From: Cytophagaceae bacterium
GTDB lineage: Bacteria; Bacteroidota; Bacteroidia; Cytophagales; Cytophagaceae
Direction: 5' to 3'
Length of the DNA: 28,169 bases
NCBI GenBank assembly: GCA_036562325.1
Contig: DATCKK010000305.1
Location: forward strand, 1 to 28,169
Part shown: positions 18,613 through 26,386 of the stretch, in pieces
Position numbering within the stretch: position 1 is the first letter of the stretch
How the letters are laid out: each line of letters starts with the position of its first letter
Translations under genes and position numbers: made by a program
The notes under the pieces: model-generated
The model's input: only the letters and a program-made list of their open reading frames with translations
What the model was told of the DNA's origin: nothing
Databases searched by the model: none

Positions 18613-19808
18613 GCCACCTTTTCCGGTTTTTGAGTCAATAACTTTTCAATGATTACCGAAAACTCTTTAACTCTGTTTTCCCAGGAATTCTTTCTGGCAA
18701 ACTCTACTCTTAATTTCTTTTTTTCATAATTATCTGCATACAGTTCCTCTCGCAGATAATTAAGAAACTGCTCTTTGGATTCCGCCGTTCTGACTACTTT
18801 GGTAAATTCAGGTAGTGGAGCAAAGTCTGTCATAACAACAGGCTTAGCTGCCGCGAGATATTCATTAATTTTTAACGGATATACTCCTCTTGTAACTTTT
18901 GATTTTATATAGGGAATAATGGCAACATCTACTTCCTTAAGATATTGGGGGACTTCATCAGGACGGGCACTTCCTAAAAAGATTACATTTGAAAATGGAG
19001 TTAACCTGTTTTTAGCTTCTTCGTTGGTTATTCTTCCAAGAAATCTAAATTCCACCTCTGGAAGCCGGCTAATAGTGTAAACCATTGTTTCCGTATCAAA
19101 CCGCTCATCCAAACTTCCGGTATAACCAACTACCTTCTTTTGATGGGGAGATTTAACAGTAAAATCAGCTACTGCCTGAAAATTTTCAAAATCAACGCCA
19201 TTCTTAACTACATAGCATTTTCTATGTAAATATCCCTTAGATTCATGTAGCGCATCCGATGTTGTAATTACGGCATCTGTTTTCTTTATATAATCTTCTT
19301 CTACAGAAGGCCCGTGAAAACTATACCATTGATCGCCTTTTATCTCATCGTAGCAATAATAAATATGTAACTTCTCGTTTAAATTACCTGCCAGTGTCAA
19401 TCCAAAAAATGGATTGTACCCATTCACTACCACAGGATCTTTTATACCTAAAGTCTTCATTGCCGACTGGATAGATGCTTTTACTATAAGGCCGTTAAGT
19501 TTAAGCAGGCTTCGGTAAGGTATTCTTGGCTTTATCCAGTTGACAGGCAATACAGGCGGCGGTGTAAGCACATGTACTTGCGATCCGTATTCTGTGGTGA
19601 GTGTACGCAACCTTGGTTCTAACCCTATTACTCTGCTTACAGGCACTCTGGGGTTTCGGGTGATAAGATCTTTAAGAGTATATTCATAATCTACAAATAA
19701 CACTTTATTTTCACGGCTCAGGAGAGTCATCATTTTAACCAATGTATTCAGAAACTCACTCTCCCAGGTAGATAAGGCTATACATACAAAAGTCTGGTTT
19801 TTAATCAT
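18609..19808 (-). CDS. GT4-like (GT-B) glycosyltransferase, TuaH-like
   Basis: YYCYDE, VKNGVDFENF, VGYTGSLDERFD, VAIIPY...YPLKINEYLAAAKPVV. Confidence 0.85.
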   Translation of the reverse strand: MIKNQTFVCIALSTWESEFLNTLVKMMTLLSRENKVLFVDYEYTLKDLITRNPRVPVSRVIGLEPRLRTLTTEYGSQVHVLTPPPVLPVNWIKPRIPYRSLLKLNGLIVKASIQSAMKTLGIKDPVVVNGYNPFFGLTLAGNLNEKLHIYYCYDEIKGDQWYSFHGPSVEEDYIKKTDAVITTSDALHESKGYLHRKCYVVKNGVDFENFQAVADFTVKSPHQKKVVGYTGSLDERFDTETMVYTISRLPEVEFRFLGRITNEEAKNRLTPFSNVIFLGSARPDEVPQYLKEVDVAIIPYIKSKVTRGVYPLKINEYLAAAKPVVMTDFAPLPEFTKVVRTAESKEQFLNYLREELYADNYEKKKLRVEFARKNSWENRVKEFSVIIEKLLTQKPEKVA

Positions 19809-21988
19809 ACTTCACTTCCTTTTTTACTTATAACAGATCGTTTAAAAAATTTTAATCCAGTTGATTTTTTCCGTTTGATTCCGTCCAATCCTTCAAGACG
19901 ATCCGTCTTTACTTTATTCAATACTATCAAAGGCTGGTAATTCGTAGCTTTGCTATATAAGCGTGAAATATAAATATCGGACTCTGTCCATGAACGGTCG
20001 GCTGCAATAACTATTAATGCAAGGTCCATATTACTTATCAACTCCACAGGCAATTGATGTTCTGCCAATGAAGGGATCTCCAATACAACAAACTTAAAGT
20101 CTTTTACCTGCTCTTTTTGGGGCAATAAATCATCTACCCTGGACTGATTGACAAAATTTTTATCAGGATTATAATAAAAAGGTTTTAAACATGGATGGTC
20201 TTTTACTTTCGTTTCATTCTTATCTATTTTATATGAAACAAACAAAGTATTTCCATAAATATCGCTTAACTTCTCAGCCAACTTTTGACTGACCCAACTT
20301 TTACCTTCACCAGGTTTAGCGCTGGTTAATACAATCTTTTTCGGAAAATCTAATTTCCCTCTATTATTCAACTCGATCATAATACTACTGATGGTCTGAT
20401 CTAACAGGGCTGATTCCAGTTCGTCAATAGAAGGGGTCGCATCCCTAAAAGGCAATACACCTGCTAAATGTAGTCCGGTTATTCTTTCTGCCCTTGATGG
20501 CGTTTTGATAGAAGCATCAAAAAATTCGCGGGCTACAATTCCTCCGGTCATCAGCACAACACCTACAAAAAATCCAATCATTACCAACATCATACCTTTA
20601 GAAGCATTTGGCTTTGATGGATAATAAGGCCTATCAACTACTTTCAAACTTGAAGTTAACTCTATATTTTGCTGACGTTGTTTATTAATATTTAATGCAT
20701 TCAACGCAGTCATATATTCTTTCTCAGCCACTCTCACCTCTCTTTCCAGACTTGATAAAACAGGACGAAGCGGAGCCATTTTCTCATACATTTTATCAAA
20801 CTCCTTTAGCTTTTCATTCAGCAACCTTAACCGTGCTTCACTTTCATCCATTACCAGTTTATTAGACAACCACTGATTTAATAATCCATCTCTTGGTAAG
20901 CCTTCCTGCGAGTTATTTAATCGATAAAGGTCATTCACTATTTCCTCTATTTCTTCTTTAATCAAGTCTGCTTCTTCTTTCAACTTTCGGATTTCTTCCC
21001 CCTGAATTTTATAGATCTTGGCATTCGCAATCTTATAATTCAAATCCGCCAGCTGCTTCCTTTTTAATAATATCTTTTCATTGGATTCAATAAGGCTTTT
21101 ATTTCCATCGATCTTACTTTCCAAATTTTTAATAGTGGCTTCAGATGCTGTATACAATAAATCTTCTTTCCTGATTTCTTCCAGTATCTCCTGCTTAGAC
21201 AGTGCTATTGATTTTGCTTCTTCATCGTAATTGAGTATTTTATTTTTGACACCAAAATCTCTCAATTTATTTTCTGCCTCTTTTAGCTTTTTATAACTTT
21301 CTTCTGCCTGCCGGGTAAAGTAGTTTACTACACCTATTATTTCACCTTCTTTAATTCTCCTGTATTTATTGATAAATACTTCAGACAACAATTCTAAAGT
21401 ATTCTGACAAACGCCAGGGTCTGTACATGAATAGGAAACTTCAAGCATATCACTATTTTCTCTTCGGAAAGCTTTGATATTGTCTCTGATTTGATTTATC
21501 CCATAAATAGTAGGTGATGACAATATCATATAAATATGACTGGCTCCATCTCCATTCTGATACTTCAACAAGTTTTGATATGTCTCTTCTACCGAACCTG
21601 AAACTACTATATCTTTTCGGAGATTATCAGGAAAAATATTTTTCAAAGAAATAAAAGTCTCATTACTTAATATTTTACTATCAACATTATCTAAAACCAG
21701 ATGCCTGGCCAGTAAACGCATACTTACTTCTTCCATCGTTTCTCTGGCTTTAAGCGTATTTAATAAGTTATCAAAAGCATTATTTACTGCATTATGATCC
21801 AAGCGTGGATGTTCTTCGCTGGTAATTTTAAAACCACTGGCAATACCTGTATATATTAACACAGAAGAAGAATATTCTTTAGGATCATCCTTGGTCAAAT
21901 AATAAATAGTAAATGAAACCAATGATGGAAATAACAACAGAAGTAACCAGTTTTTCTTAAGTACTCTAAGTATATCCTTTATATTCAT
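19805..21988 (-). CDS. wzc: Wzc/GumC-like polysaccharide co-polymerase with a degenerate cytoplasmic BY-kinase domain
   Basis: N-terminal TM (NWLLLLLFP..), long coiled-coil periplasmic region, VVDRPYYP before the second TM, and Walker A SAKPGEGKS (20297-20323). The Walker B region is FVVLEIPSL and there is no C-terminal Tyr cluster. Confidence 0.82.
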   Translation of the reverse strand: MNIKDILRVLKKNWLLLLLFPSLVSFTIYYLTKDDPKEYSSSVLIYTGIASGFKITSEEHPRLDHNAVNNAFDNLLNTLKARETMEEVSMRLLARHLVLDNVDSKILSNETFISLKNIFPDNLRKDIVVSGSVEETYQNLLKYQNGDGASHIYMILSSPTIYGINQIRDNIKAFRRENSDMLEVSYSCTDPGVCQNTLELLSEVFINKYRRIKEGEIIGVVNYFTRQAEESYKKLKEAENKLRDFGVKNKILNYDEEAKSIALSKQEILEEIRKEDLLYTASEATIKNLESKIDGNKSLIESNEKILLKRKQLADLNYKIANAKIYKIQGEEIRKLKEEADLIKEEIEEIVNDLYRLNNSQEGLPRDGLLNQWLSNKLVMDESEARLRLLNEKLKEFDKMYEKMAPLRPVLSSLEREVRVAEKEYMTALNALNINKQRQQNIELTSSLKVVDRPYYPSKPNASKGMMLVMIGFFVGVVLMTGGIVAREFFDASIKTPSRAERITGLHLAGVLPFRDATPSIDELESALLDQTISSIMIELNNRGKLDFPKKIVLTSAKPGEGKSWVSQKLAEKLSDIYGNTLFVSYKIDKNETKVKDHPCLKPFYYNPDKNFVNQSRVDDLLPQKEQVKDFKFVVLEIPSLAEHQLPVELISNMDLALIVIAADRSWTESDIYISRLYSKATNYQPLIVLNKVKTDRLEGLDGIKRKKSTGLKFFKRSVISKKGSEV

Positions 21989-22758
21989 TTTCGATGAATC
22001 AGTTTAGTTATTGGCACTCCCACTAAAATCTCCATTTGCAAAAACAAGGATTGAAAATTCTTTTTAGCCAGTTCATATTTCTCTTCCGAACCGATAAACA
22101 ACTGATTTAATTTGGCGTACTCTTCCAGCTTTATACTTCCTTCACGAAATTGTTTCTCCGCCATTTGTTGAAGGAGGCGGGCACTTTCCCGATTATCTGC
22201 TATCACTTTCAAAATATTCTGTGCAGCTATTAACTCCGAATAGGCTTGGGTAATTTCCCTTGCCAGATCAAGCTCCGCCATTTTTACTCTCTGAGTAGCC
22301 GCCAACAATTCTGCTTCTTCTTTCGCAAGCTTTGGCCTCCTGATGGTAAATTCACTTATAGGTATAGATACATTAATTCCATACCTGTATCCATTCAAAA
22401 AATTGCTTTGCTGTTCAGCGATACCGCTGCTTATTTGAAACTTTTGGTTTCCTGTAGCATAATTACCAAAGAGAGAAATATTCTCCTGCCAACTTCTTTT
22501 AGCAATGATAAGATCATAAGCAGAGCCTTGCTCCAGAGCTTTGTTATATTTTACATAGGGTGAATTTTTTTTTGCTATAGCGATTAAGGTATCTAATGGC
22601 GGTAGTTGATATTCCAGTTCCCCGATTTCAGTTAGATTATACTTTAAAGTATCAACTCTTAAACCGGACTGGCAATAACCCATGTTTATCATCATGAGTA
22701 ATACCAGTACGGAAAGAAGTTGTTTATATCGGTTAGGAAAATGGAATCTTTTTTTCAT
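21985..22758 (-). CDS. TolC/OEP-family outer-membrane protein, single repeat (half length)
   Basis: Signal peptide ending GYC-Q, LDTLIAIAKKNSP, beta-strands ISLFGNY and YGINVSIPI, and helices EITQAYSELIAAQ...AEKQFREG...KYELAK..LEILVG-like ending. Only 257 aa. Confidence 0.75.
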   Translation of the reverse strand: MKKRFHFPNRYKQLLSVLVLLMMINMGYCQSGLRVDTLKYNLTEIGELEYQLPPLDTLIAIAKKNSPYVKYNKALEQGSAYDLIIAKRSWQENISLFGNYATGNQKFQISSGIAEQQSNFLNGYRYGINVSIPISEFTIRRPKLAKEEAELLAATQRVKMAELDLAREITQAYSELIAAQNILKVIADNRESARLLQQMAEKQFREGSIKLEEYAKLNQLFIGSEEKYELAKKNFQSLFLQMEILVGVPITKLIHRK

Positions 22759-22779
22759 ACAAGTTCAACACCTATTATC

Positions 22780-23967
22780 TCATACATTCTCTTTTTGTAA
22801 GAGAGCAGGCACTGTTTTAACTATTATTTCAATATCTCTCCAAAATGAGTAATTCTTTGCATAGTCATTATCCAGTTGTATTCTTTCTTCCTCTGACATC
22901 GGGCCTTTTCTACCTCGTTTGGTTACCTGCCACAATCCTGTAATACCTGCAGGAGCCATAAACCGAAGTGTAAATTGATCCGTAGTAATCTTCTCTGCTT
23001 CATATAAAGGCAATGGCCTGTTTCCCACAATAGACATATCTCCCTTCAACACATTGAACAACTGAGGAAGCTCGTCTATACTGGTATTTCGGATAAACTT
23101 ACCAATTCGGGTAATACGAGGATCATTGCTTATCTTCACAAATGTTCCGCTTTCCGCTTTTTTGTTTTCCAGGTATATCTTTTCACAAACCGCATTACCA
23201 TCCAGATATAATACCGATTGGCATGGGCTGTTGTTTAATTTACAGGTTTCACAAATACCTTCTGCCTTTTGCTTCTCTTTGCCTTTACTGTAAAGATTTA
23301 AATGCGATATATCTTTCAGCTTGGCATCTGCCCCTATCGTCATGGAACGAAACTTGTAGAAGTCAAATATTTTATAACCTGTTCCTACTCTCTTAGAAGA
23401 ATAAAACACCGGCCCTTTTGACTCCAACCGAATTAAAATAGCAATGATAAGAAACACCGGCAACAGCAATATGATGGCAACTAAAGAAAACACTATATCA
23501 AAAGCACGCTTCAATACAGGCACTTTGTATACAGGCTGCCAACACACCCCGTCTCCACAACGTTTGGAGTTTTTCGAACAATAAATCAGATACTTTAGGC
23601 GAAAACAAAAATCCCGTGAATCAAAGTCAGGATCAAAGATTTCAGAAACCCCTTGACGTAATAACTCCTTTCTTACTCTGTTATCAATCTTTTCATGAAT
23701 AAAAACAAAGGGTACTTCCAATAAAGCTTCGGAAGCTCTAAGCATGGAAAGCAGCGGACTTCCGTTAGGACTATTAAATTTACCTGCCGATACAACTGCA
23801 TCTACACATCGGTGGTTTTTATTAATCCAGTCATAAAACTTAAATCCGTTTTCAAATACATATATTTCAAAATCATCTTCACATTTACTGGTGAAGTTTT
23901 TAATCTTCACAGGATCACTTTCAATATATGCAATCTTACTTTTTTCTGAAGTCAACGCGTTCGTCAT
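22780..23967 (-). CDS. Priming phosphoglycosyltransferase (Bac_transf) fused to an N-terminal pseudo-receiver domain
   Basis: KRAFDIVFSLVAIILLLPVFL, GPVFY..RVG, KFRSM, DPRITRIGKFIRNTSIDELPQLFNVLKGDMSIVGNRP, PAGITGLWQV. The first ~130 aa follow a REC pattern (IAYIE..FENG..DAVVS..PFVFI..GVSEIF). Confidence 0.88.
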   Translation of the reverse strand: MTNALTSEKSKIAYIESDPVKIKNFTSKCEDDFEIYVFENGFKFYDWINKNHRCVDAVVSAGKFNSPNGSPLLSMLRASEALLEVPFVFIHEKIDNRVRKELLRQGVSEIFDPDFDSRDFCFRLKYLIYCSKNSKRCGDGVCWQPVYKVPVLKRAFDIVFSLVAIILLLPVFLIIAILIRLESKGPVFYSSKRVGTGYKIFDFYKFRSMTIGADAKLKDISHLNLYSKGKEKQKAEGICETCKLNNSPCQSVLYLDGNAVCEKIYLENKKAESGTFVKISNDPRITRIGKFIRNTSIDELPQLFNVLKGDMSIVGNRPLPLYEAEKITTDQFTLRFMAPAGITGLWQVTKRGRKGPMSEEERIQLDNDYAKNYSFWRDIEIIVKTVPALLQKENV

Positions 23968-23976
23968 ATTATCACC

Positions 23977-24357
23977 TTACACTTTACATGTCCTTTTTAA
24001 TATATTCTCAACACGAGCCTCTAATTCCTCCGGATTAAATGGTTTTATTAAATAATCATCAGCACCTGCTTTTAAACATTGTATTCTGATATTACTATTT
24101 TCATAGCTGGACAAAATCAACAATGGTATATCTCTGAAAAAACCGCTGGAACGGATATGCTTCATAAATTCAAAACCATCCATTTCAGGCATGTGCAAAT
24201 CTGTAATTATCGCATCCGGTAAGTTTCCTTCATGTAACCACTCTAAAGCTTTCTTACCATTTTCTTGTCTAACTACATTATATTTGTATTCCAGGGTATG
24301 ATATATAACTGCTAAAGTAGAGTCTACATCATCTATGACAAGTAATGTCTTTTCCAT
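23977..24357 (-). CDS. Stand-alone CheY-like receiver-domain protein
   Basis: LLVIDD, AIITDLHMPEMDG (phospho-Asp), ILSS, GADDYLIKPF. No output domain. Confidence 0.93.
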   Translation of the reverse strand: MEKTLLVIDDVDSTLAVIYHTLEYKYNVVRQENGKKALEWLHEGNLPDAIITDLHMPEMDGFEFMKHIRSSGFFRDIPLLILSSYENSNIRIQCLKAGADDYLIKPFNPEELEARVENILKRTCKV

Positions 24358-24871
24358 CTTTCTTCACTCATTTTTATAATTACTAACCATCACTTGAAAG
24401 ACCTGTATACCTTAAATAAACCTCTTAAAAAGCCTGATTTATTAAGCTTACTCCTGAGGCTGATTTGTTAAGTTTTACACGATCCTTATATCATCTTAAC
24501 CTTCATGTTTCGTGGAATGTTTGACCATGATACAGGTCTTATGGACACTTATTTTCGCCTAAAAAAACAAATAAAATTTCTATCGGATTTTTAATAATAC
24601 TATAGTGAGTTTTGATTACCTAAAAGAATAAACAGGTATGAAAAAACAGAATAAGTTGCAGATAAGAGAGGCGCTATTCAATGAACCACCATCCTTTAAT
24701 TTTTAATAATTATTCCTTGCGGGAAAAGGAATATAAAAACACATCGGCTTTAAGTTTTCCAATTCACCCTCCGGAAGCTTATACTTTGGTGGTTAGAGTA
24801 TTAAAATCACTTAAAACTTTAAAATTTCCCTAACCCTGGCCCCGAAACTTATTAAATCTCAATATTGTTCC

Positions 24872-24879
24872 TATTTTTG
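24872..24879 (+). promoter_or_regulatory. Bacteroidota housekeeping -7 promoter element upstream of mrp
   Basis: TATTTTTG matches TAnnTTTG, 51 nt before ATG 24931. No clear -33 TTTG. Confidence 0.45.
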
Positions 24880-24930
24880 TCCTAAATGCAGTATATTGCA
24901 CAATAGTTGGAATTTAAAGTTGATCATCGC

Positions 24931-26025
24931 ATGGCTATTACTCAGGAACTAGTACTAAAAGCACTCTCTACTGTGGAAGAACCGGATCTGAAAAAAGACC
25001 TGGTAACTCTTAACATGGTTAAAGATATTGAAATTGAAGGAGATAAAGTTTCATTCACCGTTGTATTAACGACTCCGGCCTGTCCTCTTAAAGAACTCAT
25101 TCGTACTTCCTGTGTGGATGCGGTAAAACGACTGGTAAGTGATGCAAGCGAAGTTGTCGTAAACTTTACTTCGGAAGTAACTACTGCCAGAAACCAGGCT
25201 CCGGTTTTGCCTGATGTTAAAAATATTATTGCCATATCATCAGGAAAAGGAGGAGTTGGTAAATCTACCGTTACCGCCAATCTGGCCATTGCGCTTGCCA
25301 AAGCCGGAGCAAAAGTAGGATTAATAGATGCCGATATATTCGGCCCTTCCATGCCGGTAATGTTTGACCTGGAAGATGTAACCCCAAGAGTTATACAGGA
25401 AAACGGGAAAAACTATATCATTCCTTTACAGCAATACGGGGTAAAACTAATTTCCATAGGATTTCTGACTCCGGCAGAAAGTGCCGTAGTATGGAGGGGG
25501 CCAATGGCTAGCTCAGCACTTAAACAATTCATCACTGATTGTCAGTGGGGAGAACTGGATTATCTGTTGATAGACCTTCCTCCCGGAACCAGCGATATCC
25601 ACCTTACGCTGGTACAAACCGTACCGGTTACAGGAGCCATTGTAGTGACTACACCTCAAAAAGTAGCTCTTGCTGATGCCACAAAAGGCCTGGCCATGTT
25701 CCGGCAACCACAAATCAATGTGCCGGTACTTGGAGTAGTCGAAAATATGGCTTATTTTGTTCCGGAAGAACTACCGGATAATAAATATTATATATTTGGG
25801 AAAAACGGCGGATTTGAACTGGCAGAAAAATACGACATCCCATTACTCGGACAAATTCCAATCGTTCAGGGAATCCGTGAAAGTGGGGATATAGGAAGGC
25901 CTTCCGTATTAAACAATGATGTTACAGCGCAGGCATTTATGGAGCTGGCTGAAAATGTAGCCAGACAGATAGCCATCCGAAATGCTACGCAGGAAGTGAC
26001 CCAACAAGTGGAAATTAAGTACTAA
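24931..26025 (+). CDS. mrp: Mrp/NBP35 (ApbC) Fe-S cluster carrier ATPase with N-terminal DUF59-like domain
   Basis: LTTPACPLK, SSGKGGVGKST, DADIFGPS, VWRGPM, DLPPGTSD, VVTTPQ, GVVENM. ATG 24931 is preferred over TTG 24907 because similarity starts at MAITQELVLKAL. Confidence 0.95.
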   Translation: MAITQELVLKALSTVEEPDLKKDLVTLNMVKDIEIEGDKVSFTVVLTTPACPLKELIRTSCVDAVKRLVSDASEVVVNFTSEVTTARNQAPVLPDVKNIIAISSGKGGVGKSTVTANLAIALAKAGAKVGLIDADIFGPSMPVMFDLEDVTPRVIQENGKNYIIPLQQYGVKLISIGFLTPAESAVVWRGPMASSALKQFITDCQWGELDYLLIDLPPGTSDIHLTLVQTVPVTGAIVVTTPQKVALADATKGLAMFRQPQINVPVLGVVENMAYFVPEELPDNKYYIFGKNGGFELAEKYDIPLLGQIPIVQGIRESGDIGRPSVLNNDVTAQAFMELAENVARQIAIRNATQEVTQQVEIKY

Positions 26026-26029
26026 AACT

Positions 26030-26326
26030 GTGAATACAACTTTGACCAATCAGGAATTAATCAATAAAGTAGAATCGGCCCTGGATAACATCCGTCCATA
26101 CCTCGAAGCTGATGGTGGCAATGTTAAAGTAATCGAAATAACCGAAGACATGGTGGTTAAACTGGAATTACTTGGTACTTGCGGCAGTTGTCCTATGTCT
26201 ACCATGACACTTAAAGCAGGTGTGGAAGAATCCATCCGCAAAGCCATTCCGGAAATTACAGGTGTGGAAGCCATCAATATTACCCCTCCGGACGACATTG
26301 ATGCTTTGCTGTCAGATACCTTTTAA
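26030..26326 (+). CDS. NifU C-terminal (Nfu-type) Fe-S scaffold/carrier
   Basis: LDNIRPYLEADGGNV...LLGTCGSCP (CxxC) ..TLKAGVE. It starts 4 nt after mrp. Confidence 0.93.
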   Translation: MNTTLTNQELINKVESALDNIRPYLEADGGNVKVIEITEDMVVKLELLGTCGSCPMSTMTLKAGVEESIRKAIPEITGVEAINITPPDDIDALLSDTF

Positions 26327-26386
26327 GGGAACTGGCCGTTACTATATGAATTAAAAATTTATACCAGTAAAATTCTAGATATTTAA

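Noticed and set aside
24907-24930. TTG start giving an 8-aa N-terminal extension of Mrp
   Set aside because: Family similarity begins at ATG 24931.
23185-26326. Functional link between the Cys4 insert of the priming transferase and the divergent mrp/nfu Fe-S genes
   Set aside because: mrp, nfu and ddl look like a housekeeping block, so adjacency alone is not evidence. It would need conserved synteny.
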